The notes under the pieces: generated by a model
The model's input: the letters and a program-made list of their open reading frames with translations, nothing else
The model's database searches: none
Told to the model about the DNA's origin: nothing
Assembly: GCA_963847705.1 (NCBI GenBank)
Contig: CAWKBC010000027.1
Coordinates: forward strand, 192,001 to 256,000
Origin: an uncultured Pseudomonadota bacterium
GTDB lineage: Bacteria; Myxococcota_A; Polyangia; Fen-1088
Length of the DNA: 64,000 nucleotides
Direction of reading: 5' to 3'
Position numbers and translations under genes: made by a program
In this document: positions 27,710-38,020 of the stretch, piece after piece
Numbering within the stretch: position 1 is the first letter of the stretch
How the letters are laid out: each line of letters begins with the position of its first letter

Positions 27710-28867
27710 ATGGTACTCTCGCCCACGGTGCCCCCCCGCTACTCCCCAAGCTCGGAGTTTAGGCGCGATCTCGAAGCACGTGTGGCTGGGTATTTCGATA
27801 CCAGCCAGCGCTGCCGCCAAGGCTCCGGGAGGATGTACATCAAGACGGCGATCTTGATGGCTTGGCTGATCGGCTCGTACGTGGGCCTGGTCTGGGCCGC
27901 GACGGTCTGGTGGCAGGCGGTGCCCCTCGCCGTCTCGCTGGCGCTGGCGATGGCGGGCGTCGGGTTCAACGTCCAGCACGACGGCAACCACGGCGCTTAT
28001 TCACGCCACTGCGCCATCAACAAGCTCGCGGCGCTGACGCTGAACCTGCTGGGGGGCGACGCCTACTTCTGGCACTTCAAGCACAACATCGCCCATCACA
28101 CCTATCCGAACGTGACGGGCTCCGACGACGACATCCGTCTCGGCCCGCTGGCGCGCCTGTCGCCCCATCAACGGCGCTACTGGTTCCACCGCTTCCAGCA
28201 CCTCTACGTCTGGGGCCTCTACGCGCTGCTGGCGCTCAACTGGCAGATCTCGGGCGACTTCCGCTCGATCATCAGGCCGGGGGTCGGTGACACGGCGGTC
28301 TCGCGGCCGCGCGGATGGGACCTGGTCTGCTTCTGCCTGGGCAAGGCGAGCTTCCTGACCTTGGCCCTGGTCATCCCGCTCTTGCACCACCGGGTGATCA
28401 CGGTGGTCGCGGTCTACCTCTTTACCGACGCGATCCTGGGTCTGGTGCTGGCGACGGTCTTTCAGCTGGCCCACTGCGTGGAGGAGGCGGACTTCCGCGC
28501 TCCGGCGACCGCGGCCACGCGCATCGACCGCGAGTGGATGGTTCACCAGCTGGAGACCTCCGTCGACTTCGCGCGCGACAACCGGGTTTTGACCTGGTAC
28601 CTGGGCGGCCTCAACTTCCAGGTCGAGCACCACCTGTTCCCCAAGACCTGCCACATCCACTACCCGGCCATCTCGCCGATCGTCGAGGCGACCTGCCGCG
28701 CGCACGGGATCTCGCACCGGTCGCACCGGACGATGCGGGGCGCCTTTCGCTCGCACGTCCGCTGGCTGAAGCGGATGGGGCGCAAGGTCGACAAGCTCAA
28801 CAAGGTCGAGGTTGCGGTTGACGCCGCGGCCGAGGCCAAGGCCGCGGCCGCGCTTCAGCCCGCCTGA
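27710..28867 (+). CDS. Membrane fatty-acid (acyl-CoA/acyl-lipid) desaturase
   Basis: His boxes HDGNH, HNIAHH, QVEHHLFP. Confidence 0.92.
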   Translation: MVLSPTVPPRYSPSSEFRRDLEARVAGYFDTSQRCRQGSGRMYIKTAILMAWLIGSYVGLVWAATVWWQAVPLAVSLALAMAGVGFNVQHDGNHGAYSRHCAINKLAALTLNLLGGDAYFWHFKHNIAHHTYPNVTGSDDDIRLGPLARLSPHQRRYWFHRFQHLYVWGLYALLALNWQISGDFRSIIRPGVGDTAVSRPRGWDLVCFCLGKASFLTLALVIPLLHHRVITVVAVYLFTDAILGLVLATVFQLAHCVEEADFRAPATAATRIDREWMVHQLETSVDFARDNRVLTWYLGGLNFQVEHHLFPKTCHIHYPAISPIVEATCRAHGISHRSHRTMRGAFRSHVRWLKRMGRKVDKLNKVEVAVDAAAEAKAAAALQPA

Positions 28868-29679
28868 AGCTTGAAGTCGAACCCCACGCGCGGCGGCTCC
28901 CTGTCGGGATCGCAGCGGTAACGGGTAAAGTCGGTCACGCCCTCGGCGCGCAGGAAGTCCTCGTCGATGAGCGCCTGGCCGGTCATGGTGTCGGGCGGCT
29001 TGGCGAAGATCGCCACCACCGCGTCGGCCACGATCTCCGGCGTCCGCCAGAGGGTGCGGTCACCCAGCCCCCAGCGGATCGTCGCCTGGCTCTCGATCAT
29101 GGTCGCGGGCCAGAGCGCATTGGCCGCCACGCCCTTGCCACGGACCTCCTCGGCGACCCCCTGGGCCACCAGGGTCATCCCGAACTTGCTGAGCGCATAG
29201 GCGACCTTGCCGGCCCCGGCGCGCGGGTCGACCGGCGGCGACAGCATCAGGATGTGCCCGAACTTGCGGGCCAGCATCGAGGGGAGCACGTGGCGGGTGC
29301 AAGCAAAGGCCCCGCGCGCGTTCACCCCCATCACCAGGTCGAACCGCTTCATCTCGGTCTCGGCGACGGAGCGCCAGTAGAGCGCGCCGGCGTTGTTGAC
29401 CAGAAAGTCGACCTGGCCGAAGCGCTCGAGCGCCTGTTTCACGACGCGCTCGACCGCGACGTCGTCGCGCACGTCCAGCTCGGCGGCCAGGGCGCGGCGC
29501 CCCAGCGCCTCGATCTCGCGCACGGTCTCGTGAATCGTCCCCGGCAGCTTGGGATCGGGGGCCACGGTCTTGGCGGCCACCACCACGTCGCATCCCTCGG
29601 CCGCCAGCCGCAGCGCCAGCGCCTTGCCGACGCCGCGCGAGGCGCCCGTGACCATCGCGACCCGACCGGCGAACTTCAT
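28855..29679 (-). CDS. SDR oxidoreductase (HSDL2-like)
   Basis: TGASRGVG, AAKT...KLPGTI, NNAG, YALSK, NALWP. Confidence 0.9.
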   Translation of the reverse strand: MKFAGRVAMVTGASRGVGKALALRLAAEGCDVVVAAKTVAPDPKLPGTIHETVREIEALGRRALAAELDVRDDVAVERVVKQALERFGQVDFLVNNAGALYWRSVAETEMKRFDLVMGVNARGAFACTRHVLPSMLARKFGHILMLSPPVDPRAGAGKVAYALSKFGMTLVAQGVAEEVRGKGVAANALWPATMIESQATIRWGLGDRTLWRTPEIVADAVVAIFAKPPDTMTGQALIDEDFLRAEGVTDFTRYRCDPDREPPRVGFDFKLQAG

Positions 29680-29727
29680 CGCACCAGCTTACAGCAGGCA
29701 GCAAGTGCTTGCTCTGCGGCGCCGTCC

Positions 29728-30858
29728 GTGGGAAACGAGCCCGTGGCCGCCGCTGAGACCCTGGTCCGTGAGCTGTTCGAGCACGCTGGCATCAAGATCG
29801 GGGGGTCGGGGCCGGGCGACATCGTCGTCCATGACCCGCGCTTCTACGGCCGCGTCATTCGCGAGGCGTCGATCGGCTTCGGCGAGTCGTACATGGACGG
29901 CTGGTGGGACACCGACGCGCTCGACACGCTGCTGGAGAAGATCATGCGCGGGGGGCTGCGCGAGAAGGTCACCGGCAGCACCCGGATGAAGCTGCTGACG
30001 GCCAAGGCGCTGCTCATGAACCTGCAGTCGAAGGCGCGCTCGGGCAAGTCGGTCGAGGCGCACTACGACATCGGCAACGACCTCTACACCAAGATGCTCG
30101 ACCCGCGGATGGTCTACACCTGCGCTTACTGGAAGGGCGCCACCACGCTGGCCGAGGCCCAGGAGAACAAGCTGGACCTCATCTGCCGCAAGCTGGGGCT
30201 GCAAAAGGGGATGCGCGTGCTCGATCTCGGCTGCGGGTGGGGCGGCTTCGCCGGCTTCGCCGCCGAGCGGTACGGCTGCTCGGTGGTCGGCGTGACGCTG
30301 TCGAAGGACCAGCACGCTCTCGGGCGCGAGCTCTGGAAGAACCTCGACGTCGACCTGCGCCTGTGCGACTACCGCGACGTGACCGGGACGTTCGACCGCG
30401 TGTCGTCGATCGGCATGATGGAGCACGTGGGCCCCAAAAATCACCGCCACGTCATGGAGGTGGTCCACCGCAGCCTGGTCCCCGACGGCGTCGCCGTCAT
30501 CCACACCATCGCCAATAACCGCAGCCGCCTGCACGGGACGGCCTGGATCGAGAAGTACATCTTCCCGAATGCCGTGGCGCCGTCGATCGCCCAACTGGGG
30601 CGCGCCATCGAGGGTCTGTTCGTGCTGGAGGATCTCCAGAACATCGGCCCCGACTACGACCGCACGCTGATGGCCTGGTGGGAAAACTTCGACCGCGCCT
30701 ACCCGGAGCTGAAGGCCAAGTACGACCAGCGCTTCTACCGGATGTGGAAGTTCTACCTGCTGGCGGCGGCCGGAGCGTCGAGATCGCGCGACGGCCAGCT
30801 CTACCACCTGGTCCTGACCAAGATCGGGCGCAAGCAGCCCGACTGCCGGGCCAGCTAG
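29728..30858 (+). CDS. cfa: Cyclopropane-fatty-acyl-phospholipid synthase
   Basis: GESYMDGWW, HYDIGNDLY, YTCAYW, LDLGCGWG, SIGMMEHVG, WIEKYIFP, FYRMWKFYL. Confidence 0.92.
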   Translation: MGNEPVAAAETLVRELFEHAGIKIGGSGPGDIVVHDPRFYGRVIREASIGFGESYMDGWWDTDALDTLLEKIMRGGLREKVTGSTRMKLLTAKALLMNLQSKARSGKSVEAHYDIGNDLYTKMLDPRMVYTCAYWKGATTLAEAQENKLDLICRKLGLQKGMRVLDLGCGWGGFAGFAAERYGCSVVGVTLSKDQHALGRELWKNLDVDLRLCDYRDVTGTFDRVSSIGMMEHVGPKNHRHVMEVVHRSLVPDGVAVIHTIANNRSRLHGTAWIEKYIFPNAVAPSIAQLGRAIEGLFVLEDLQNIGPDYDRTLMAWWENFDRAYPELKAKYDQRFYRMWKFYLLAAAGASRSRDGQLYHLVLTKIGRKQPDCRAS

Positions 30859-31254
30859 CATAGACCGTCGTGAAGCGACCGCGCGAACGCGCGCGTAGCT
30901 AATCGTCAAGAATTCCCAATTCGGTCAGCGGATCGCGTTCATTCGGTCTGTCAACGTGAACCTCAAGAGGGAGGTTCACGATGCACGATCCGATGCTCTC
31001 TGGCTCCCTCCGCCAGTGGCGTAACGTCCTATCGGCACACCAGTTGTTGGTCTGCTCGATGAGGGCCGCTTCGTCTCCTGGAAGAATAGTGGAAATCCTT
31101 CGGCGGGCCATTCGCGGGTGGTGGAAACGGCGGCTGCGTCCGTCCAGACGACCGCGTCGAGCTCCCCCGCGTTGGTCGAGACCGAGATTCAGACGAGCGC
31201 AATGGAACCGACGTCGGCCGGCCGCCTTTTCTTTGCTGGTCCGCTCCGAGTGCC

Positions 31255-31282
31255 TTGAATTCGGTACCGGATACGGTACCAT
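31255..31282 (+). promoter_or_regulatory. hicAB sigma70-like promoter with a palindromic operator
   Basis: TTGAAT-N16-TACCAT; inverted repeat GGTACCG-gata-CGGTACC (31263-31280) overlaps the spacer and -10. Confidence 0.55.
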
Positions 31283-31288
31283 CGATCG

Positions 31289-31549
31289 GTGGGGCGCACG
31301 ACGGCGGAAGTCCTGGAGCAGGCTCGGCGGAGTCCCGCCAACGTCCGCTTTCGGGACCTCTGCCGGCTCGTGGAAGCGATCGGATACAGGCTCAGGCGGC
31401 AGAAAGGGTCCCACCACGTGTTCACGCACGCGGCGCGATCCGAGCTGCCGATCGTGAATTTGCAGAGCGACGGAGCCACGGCGAAGGTGTACCAGGTGCG
31501 GCAGGTCGTGCGATTCATAGACGAGCACAAGCTGGGGGTGAAGCCATGA
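31289..31549 (+). CDS. hicA: HicA-family toxin (type II TA)
   Basis: NVRFRDL...RQKGSHHVF...NLQ...AKVYQVRQV. Confidence 0.9.
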   Translation: MGRTTAEVLEQARRSPANVRFRDLCRLVEAIGYRLRRQKGSHHVFTHAARSELPIVNLQSDGATAKVYQVRQVVRFIDEHKLGVKP

Positions 31550-31953
31550 AGAAGGGAACGTTTCGATATCGAATTGTGGTTGAGTGGAGCGACGAAGATC
31601 AGGCGTTCATCGCGCGCGTGCCGGCGCTGCCGGGCTGCCTGGCGCACGGAACGACAGCAGAGAAGGCGACGCACGAGGCCGAGGTGGCCGCAGGATTGAT
31701 CCTCGACGTGATCGAGGAGGACGGCCGAACGCCGCCGCCTGTCGACGCAGTGGCCGACTACTCGGGGCAGCTGCGGTTGAGGCTGCCGAAGTCGTTGCAT
31801 GAAGCCGTGTCTCAGCTCGCGACGGCCGAGGGTGTGTCGCTCAACACGCTCATGCTTTCGCTGATTGCCGAAGGTTGCGGTCGGCGCGAGGTTCAGTCGT
31901 CGGCGACAGCCCCAAAGGCCGGTAGGGCCAGCAAGCGGAAGGCTGTCGCGTAG
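31546..31953 (+). CDS. hicB: HicB-family antitoxin with a C-terminal RHH
   Basis: YRIVVEWSDED..F.A.VP.LPGC.AHG.T; YSGQLRLRLPKSLH...EGVSLN; ATGA overlap with hicA. Confidence 0.9.
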   Translation: MKKGTFRYRIVVEWSDEDQAFIARVPALPGCLAHGTTAEKATHEAEVAAGLILDVIEEDGRTPPPVDAVADYSGQLRLRLPKSLHEAVSQLATAEGVSLNTLMLSLIAEGCGRREVQSSATAPKAGRASKRKAVA

Positions 31954-31959
31954 GTCAAC

Positions 31960-32532
31960 GTGGGCACTGAAAAGTACATCCGAGAGAGCCTGTTCTGGGC
32001 GGGCAGGAGCAGTGGAGCCGGTCTTCTAACGGTTTTCTTCGCCGCTCTGGCGCTCGTGCTGGCCGGGGCCTGCGGCCCCGTCGTCGGCGGCTGTCACAAC
32101 GGAACCTGCTCCTGCCCACAGGGCGACGACTGCCGGTTCGTCTGCACCGCGCCCCCCTGCCACGCGACCTGCGATGGGAACAACCACAGCTGCCAGGCCG
32201 TGTGCGCCAACGGCACCTGCACCTGCGGCAGCGGAAGCTCCTGCGACTTCTCCTGCCAGACGCCCCCCTGTCACGTCACGTGCGAGTCGAACAGCAGTTG
32301 CTCGGGAACATGCGCGAACGGGCAGTGCGTCTGCGAGGCGGGCAGCACCTGCACCTTCACCTGTTCGGCCTCCCCCTGCCACACCAGCTGCGACACCGGC
32401 GCCGCCTGTGTGGTCCACTGCCCGGCCGCGCTGGCCGGCACCGCGGGGTGCGACATCGTCGACTGTGCGGCGGGCGCGCCGGTCATCTGCCCGAGTGGCG
32501 ACGTCATCACCTGCGGCGCGGCTTGTCCCTGA
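31960..32532 (+). CDS. Cys-rich repeat lipoprotein
   Basis: Lipobox AGAC; three repeats of C.NG.C.C..G..C.F.C...PCH..C. Confidence 0.7.
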   Translation: MGTEKYIRESLFWAGRSSGAGLLTVFFAALALVLAGACGPVVGGCHNGTCSCPQGDDCRFVCTAPPCHATCDGNNHSCQAVCANGTCTCGSGSSCDFSCQTPPCHVTCESNSSCSGTCANGQCVCEAGSTCTFTCSASPCHTSCDTGAACVVHCPAALAGTAGCDIVDCAAGAPVICPSGDVITCGAACP

Positions 32533-32618
32533 AGGCGGCTCGGCTCGGCGGCGGGAGGTGAGGAGGGTTGACGGACGGCAGACCGGTAGCGTAAGAACCG
32601 GTGCCTCATTCAAGGTTC

Positions 32619-32690
<72 letters not shown>

Positions 32691-32759
32691 CAGGGATTTA
32701 AGCAGGAAACCAGCGAGAAAAGCGCCGGCGGTCGGCATCTCGGGCCGATCGCGATCTGC

Positions 32760-32990
32760 CTACCGCGGCACCCCGGCCGCCTGCATCGCCCTCAGAAAGG
32801 CGGTGTGAGCCGTGGAGACGGCGGTGTACGTCTCGGAGTCGTCGTCCGGATCGACCTCACCGTCGGTCGGCGGCCCGGCATCCATCGTGTCGATCTTCAG
32901 GACGTTCCCCAAGAGCTCGTCGAGCTGGTCGTTGATGGCCTGGAAGGCTGGGAAGAGGTCGGCGTACGGGTTTCGCGTCTTCGGCGGCAT
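32760..32990 (-). CDS. Small acidic hypothetical protein
   Basis: 76-aa ORF with GC3-biased codons and protein-like composition. Confidence 0.45.
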   Translation of the reverse strand: MPPKTRNPYADLFPAFQAINDQLDELLGNVLKIDTMDAGPPTDGEVDPDDDSETYTAVSTAHTAFLRAMQAAGVPR

Positions 32991-33060
32991 GCCGAAGATC
33001 GTAGCGCGCAGATCGGCGACGTGCAGAACGTAGGGCCCTGACCGAGGGCGCCCAGCCGCC

Positions 33061-34503
33061 CTACTGCCATGTCTCGGCGCCCGGCTGCATGAAGAACGGC
33101 GCCGCCGTATTGGCGTTCTTGCCGAGCGGCGGGAAGCGCGCGTGCAACGAGTAGACGGCCACCAGCGCCAGCCCGCCCAGCGCGACCACGGCGGCGACGT
33201 GCCAGCGCCGGCGTCCCCGCCGCCACATCCACGCGACGCCGACGCCGAACATCGCGCACAGCACCGGCGCGACGAACTGCAGGTAGGCCCCCTTGATCGG
33301 ACCGAAGTCGTCGTTCGGATACTTGATCGCGAAGTGGAGCTGGCCGAGGAGGCCGATCAGCGGAACGAGCAGGAGCGCGAAGCGGGGGTCGGGCTCGCCG
33401 TCGGGGCGGCGGCGCCAGAGCCGGCGGACCGCGCCGAACCAGGCCATCGTGGTCACCAGCGCGATGAGCGTCCCGCCCACCACCGACAGGCAGCCGAGGG
33501 TGACGCCGGCCGCCGACACCCGGCGCAGCTGGCCGTACTTGCCGCCCCCGGAGTAGCCATAGACGTAGTAGTCGTTGAAGGTCGTCGCGATCAGGACCGG
33601 AAGGAAGCGCGCGTTCGGCTTCAGGCCGGTGGGGACCACCGCATGGAGGTAGATCTGCGGTGTCCAGCCAACGTAGAACGCGAGCGGCCGGCGCTTGAAG
33701 TACGGGATCCCTTCGTAGACTGCCTGGTTCGGCTTGAGCGCCCCGTCGTACCCGGTCGGCGACATCTTGCCGTAGAGGATCTGGTTGCGGACGAAGAACG
33801 GACCCGTCAGGCAGGCCAGGACCATCCCACCGCCGACGATCGGCAGCGCGCGGGCGCGCAGCGCGCGCCACCAGGACGGCCGGGCCCGGACGATCTCCAG
33901 CGCGAGCGCGGCGCCGACCGACACCGCCAGCACCGACGCCGAGATCTTGCTCATCATCGCCAGCGCCGTCAGCAGCCCGAGCCCGACCATCGGCCCGACG
34001 CGCCCGGCGCGCGCCGCCGTGATCGCCGCAGGCGCGAGGACCAGCACGGCAGCCGACAGCAGCAGCAGCAGCGTCTCGTTCGTGATCATGCCGTCCTCCT
34101 GGACGGCGGGCGGGATGACGGCGGCCAACGCCAGCGCGACGACCCGGGCGAGGCGGGATTCGGGAAGCCATCGCTCGAGGCCGACCCAGACCAGCCCGAG
34201 GCGGGTCATCCCGCACAGCGCCGCCAGCCACCCGAGCGCCCCCGCGCCCAGGCCGTGCGCCACCAGGAACGCCGCCACCAGATAGTAGAGCGGAGGGTGG
34301 TAGGAAGACGCGTTGTAGGACAGCGGCGGCAGCCGGTGGTGCGCGACCAGGTACTGGATGTACGGCCAGTGCGAATTGAAGTCGTAACCGATGCGCGCGT
34401 CGTACGTGAGCGCCATCGAGAGCCGGAGCAGGACGCCGACGCCCAGCACGATCAGCTCGGGCTCGCGGGCCCGAGCCCAGCGGCCTATCTTGTCGATTCC
34501 CAC
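33061..34503 (-). CDS. GT-C fold membrane glycosyltransferase (ArnT/PMT, GT39-like)
   Basis: YD...H..Y, YHPPLYY, many TMs, TNE, SK; start uncertain. Confidence 0.7.
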   Translation of the reverse strand: MGIDKIGRWARAREPELIVLGVGVLLRLSMALTYDARIGYDFNSHWPYIQYLVAHHRLPPLSYNASSYHPPLYYLVAAFLVAHGLGAGALGWLAALCGMTRLGLVWVGLERWLPESRLARVVALALAAVIPPAVQEDGMITNETLLLLLSAAVLVLAPAAITAARAGRVGPMVGLGLLTALAMMSKISASVLAVSVGAALALEIVRARPSWWRALRARALPIVGGGMVLACLTGPFFVRNQILYGKMSPTGYDGALKPNQAVYEGIPYFKRRPLAFYVGWTPQIYLHAVVPTGLKPNARFLPVLIATTFNDYYVYGYSGGGKYGQLRRVSAAGVTLGCLSVVGGTLIALVTTMAWFGAVRRLWRRRPDGEPDPRFALLLVPLIGLLGQLHFAIKYPNDDFGPIKGAYLQFVAPVLCAMFGVGVAWMWRRGRRRWHVAAVVALGGLALVAVYSLHARFPPLGKNANTAAPFFMQPGAETWQ

Positions 34504-34865
34504 TTCATTGCCGCTCGCTTGAGCCTGGCAACGATACCGCTCCATGGACTTCTTGCACAGTTCGGCCGTGCAAGTCTGATCCTCACACGCGCCCGGGGCG
34601 GATCTGGATCGTCGGCTTGTTTCGCCGCCACCGGCGCGCTTTAAAAAGACAGAGGACGTGTTGCGATACTGCGGCATCCGAGAACTGGGTCATGATTGCA
34701 GAGCCCGGTGCGCTCCCTGGGCAGCTCGTCCTCTTGGGAGAAACGATAAGGCTTCCTCCTACGGATGGCGTCCGGATCAAGCCGCAAATGGACCCTTCCA
34801 AGGGAATCAGACAATGCCTTACGACATGGGGCCCTTCATCGAACCGACGGGCCCCCAGACGCCGG

Positions 34866-37769
34866 CTACCCGCGCGCCCGGGCGGTCTGCATCAGGGTCT
34901 GCAGCAGCTTCGGGTCGACGGGCTTGGTCAGGTGGTGATCGAAGCCGGCCTCGGCGGTGCGCGCGCGGTCCTCGGCCTGGCCGAAGCCGGTGATGGCCAC
35001 CAGCAGGGGGCGCGGCCCGTCGATGCGGGCGCGCAGACTCTTCGCCACCTCGAATCCGTTCAGCTTGGGGAGACCGATGTCGAGCAACACCACGTTGGGG
35101 TTCATCTCGCGCGCGGCCGCCAGCGCCGACAGCCCGTCGTGGGCCACCCGCACCTCGTGGGCGGAGAGGCGCAGCAGACGCGACAGGGTCTCGGCAGCGT
35201 CGACGTTGTCGTCGACGACCAGGATCCGCTCGGGGTGCGGTCCGCGTGCGGCGTCGGGCGCGGCGTCGTGCGCGCCTCGGGCGCCCGCGTCCCCGATCGC
35301 CCGGTCATCCTCCTCCGCGAGCGGCAGCCGCACCACCAGCTCGCTGCCGCATCCCGCCCCCGCGCTGCGCGCCTCGATGTCGCCGTCGTGCATCGCGACC
35401 AGCTGCCTGACGAGCGCCAGCCCGATCCCCAGCCCCTCTTGCTTGCGCTGGCCCGGCGACTGGATCTGCGTGAACATCTCGAACACGCGCTCGCGCATGT
35501 CGGGCGGGATGCCGATGCCGTCGTCCTTCACGGAGAGGACGACGCGGGTGCCCTCCCGCCGCGCCGCCAGCGCGACGTGGCCTCCCTCGGCGGTGAACCG
35601 GGCCGCGTTGTTGAGCAGGTTCGAGATGATCTGCGTCAACCGCGCGCCGTCTCCCCGGATCGGCAGCGGCTCCGGCGACATGTCGATCGCCAGCTGGTGA
35701 TGGCGGGCGGTGAAGAGGGGCTGGACCGCCTCGACCGCCTGCGCGACGATCGGACGGAGGTCGAGCGCGGACCGGTTCAGGGTGATCTTGCCCAGCGTGA
35801 TGCGCGAAACGTCCAGCAGGTCGTCGACCAGGCGGGTGAGCTGCGCGGTCTGCCGGGCGATGATGTCGCGCGCCCACACCATTGCCTCGTCGGCCGGTTC
35901 CCGCAGCCGCATGATCTCGACGGCCATCGTGATGGGCGCCAGCGGGTTGCGCAGCTCGTGGGAGAGCACGGCCAGGAATTCATCCTTGCGGCGGTCAGCC
36001 TCGCGCAGCGCCTCGGCCACCCGGGCCTGCGCCAGCAGCCGCCGGTGCTCCTCTTCCGCGCGCTTTCGCTCGGTGATCACCTCGGTGAACATGATGATCC
36101 CGCCGATCTCGTTGCGCGCGTTTCGCCAGGGCCGGATCTCCCAGCGCAGCCACTCGGTGGAGCCGTCGGTCCGGGCGAACGAGTCGTCCCCGTGGACATC
36201 CACCGTCCCCTCCAGGCAACGATGGTGCACCTCCTTCCAGTGCGCGGGGATCCCGGGGAAAACGTCGTAGTGACTGCGGCCGATCAGGTCCTGCTCGCCG
36301 AGGTTGTAGTCGGTCAGCCAGCGGGGACTGTAGATGAGGTAGCGCATGTCGCGGTCGAACATCGCGACCGCCGCCGGGACGTGCCGCACGAAATGCCGCA
36401 CCTGCTCCTCGCTCTGCCGGATCACCTGCTCGGCACGCTTGCGATCGGTGATGTCGTGCCCGACGGACTGGAATTCGATGACCCGGCCCCGCTCGTCGAA
36501 GAACCCGCGGTCGGCCCACTCCATCCAGCGCACCTCGCCCCCTGCACCCGACACCTGGTGCTCGCTCGACGCGACGGGGCTCTCGGGGGTGATGGTGGCC
36601 AGGAACGCCTCCGAGAGCGAGCGCGGATACGGGGAGGGGAACTGCCGGCGGTTCTTCCCGATCAGCTCTTCGGCCGAGCGCTGGAAGTGGCGACAATAGG
36701 CGCCGTTGACGAAGGTGTAGGTCCCGTCGGCCAAGAAACGACAGATGAGATCGGTTTGATCTTCGACCACCGCGCGGTACTGCTCCTGGCTGCGCCGCAG
36801 GCTGGCCGCCGCCTGCGTGTTTTGCCAGACCAGCGCCGCCAGCAGCATCAGCGGAATGGAGATGAAGAGGAAGAACCCCTGCAGCGCGACGATGATCTGG
36901 GCGACCGAGCCGATGGCGAACGGGCCCCGACCGGCGCGCGTGCACAGGAGCGCCACCAGGACGACGACCAGCAGGTGGAGGCCCAGCGCGCCGGGGCCGA
37001 AGCGAACCGCCGACCAGAGGAGAAATGGCAGCGGCACGATCACCAGCCACTGATGAGGCGGCTGGCCCGGCTTCCAGGCGAAAAGCAGGGGGAGCGTCAG
37101 GCACAAGCACGCGGTGAGCAACACGAGCTCGGCGACCTGGCGCGGCCTGCGGCGGATCCCCTGCAGGCCGTTGGCCGCGAAGGAGAGGATCGGCGCCCCG
37201 ACGATGACCGAGCCGGAGATCCGCGCCAGCACGCGCTGCTGCCAGGGGGCCCAGAAGTCGTGCACGAAACCGCTGGCGAGGTAGATGCCGACGACCACCG
37301 CCTGGACGACGAACGGCACCAGGAACGTCCCGCCGAAGATGAAGGCGCCCATGCGGCGCAGGCTGTCGAGGCGGGGCGGTTGACCGAGAATTGGCCGCAG
37401 GAGCGCGGCGGCCACCGCGGCCTGCACGAACTGACTGGCGATCTGGACCAACATCATCGATACCGACACGTGCGGACTGAGGGTGGCCGTCAGCTGCACG
37501 TGGGTCGGCAGCAGCGCCACGGCGTAAAGCCACCAGCGGCGGACCGGGGTGATCAGCAGCGCGGCCAGCAGGATCCCTTGCGGCAGCCAGATCTCGGTCG
37601 GCCCGCCCGGCACCAACCGCAGCTCCATCCCGAGCGCGCCGCCGGCGTAATACCCGGCGCACACGAGGAGCGTCGCGAGCAGCGCTCGGCGCACCGGATG
37701 GAGCTGAGCGGGCGCCGCCGCGTCGCCCGCGGGCGCGTCCGTTGCTCCCAGAGAAAGGAAACTGTGCAT
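34866..37769 (-). CDS. Hybrid sensor kinase MASE1-PAS-PAS-HisKA-HATPase-REC
   Basis: MASE1 (IWLPQG, WSAVRFG), two PAS/PAC domains (DITDRK, ITERK), SHELRNPL, NLLNNA, GLGIGL, receiver VVDDN...LDIGLP...KP. Confidence 0.92.
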   Translation of the reverse strand: MHSFLSLGATDAPAGDAAAPAQLHPVRRALLATLLVCAGYYAGGALGMELRLVPGGPTEIWLPQGILLAALLITPVRRWWLYAVALLPTHVQLTATLSPHVSVSMMLVQIASQFVQAAVAAALLRPILGQPPRLDSLRRMGAFIFGGTFLVPFVVQAVVVGIYLASGFVHDFWAPWQQRVLARISGSVIVGAPILSFAANGLQGIRRRPRQVAELVLLTACLCLTLPLLFAWKPGQPPHQWLVIVPLPFLLWSAVRFGPGALGLHLLVVVLVALLCTRAGRGPFAIGSVAQIIVALQGFFLFISIPLMLLAALVWQNTQAAASLRRSQEQYRAVVEDQTDLICRFLADGTYTFVNGAYCRHFQRSAEELIGKNRRQFPSPYPRSLSEAFLATITPESPVASSEHQVSGAGGEVRWMEWADRGFFDERGRVIEFQSVGHDITDRKRAEQVIRQSEEQVRHFVRHVPAAVAMFDRDMRYLIYSPRWLTDYNLGEQDLIGRSHYDVFPGIPAHWKEVHHRCLEGTVDVHGDDSFARTDGSTEWLRWEIRPWRNARNEIGGIIMFTEVITERKRAEEEHRRLLAQARVAEALREADRRKDEFLAVLSHELRNPLAPITMAVEIMRLREPADEAMVWARDIIARQTAQLTRLVDDLLDVSRITLGKITLNRSALDLRPIVAQAVEAVQPLFTARHHQLAIDMSPEPLPIRGDGARLTQIISNLLNNAARFTAEGGHVALAARREGTRVVLSVKDDGIGIPPDMRERVFEMFTQIQSPGQRKQEGLGIGLALVRQLVAMHDGDIEARSAGAGCGSELVVRLPLAEEDDRAIGDAGARGAHDAAPDAARGPHPERILVVDDNVDAAETLSRLLRLSAHEVRVAHDGLSALAAAREMNPNVVLLDIGLPKLNGFEVAKSLRARIDGPRPLLVAITGFGQAEDRARTAEAGFDHHLTKPVDPKLLQTLMQTARARG

Positions 37770-38020
37770 CCCCGATCGTGCCCTGGCGTCGGGGCCAGAT
37801 GCACACGTACCGCAGCGTACATCGAGAGGGAAACGGATCAACCCGTGACCCAAGATTCGCCGGCGCGATGCTCCGGGAGGTCTTCCGCGTCTCTAGGGGT
37901 TCGTACGAGGGACATCGCGCCAGATCGCGCCTCGAAAGTAGGAATTTCCCTAGCGCCAGCCCGTGCGCGATCGGGCAGGTTGAATCCTTCGTTCAACCCC
38001 AACGCGAAGGAGACCGAGAG

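Noticed and set aside
30899-31528. 209-aa minus-strand ORF as a real gene
   Set aside because: Its 5' part is antisense to hicA; the remainder has no recognisable motif and is at best a remnant.
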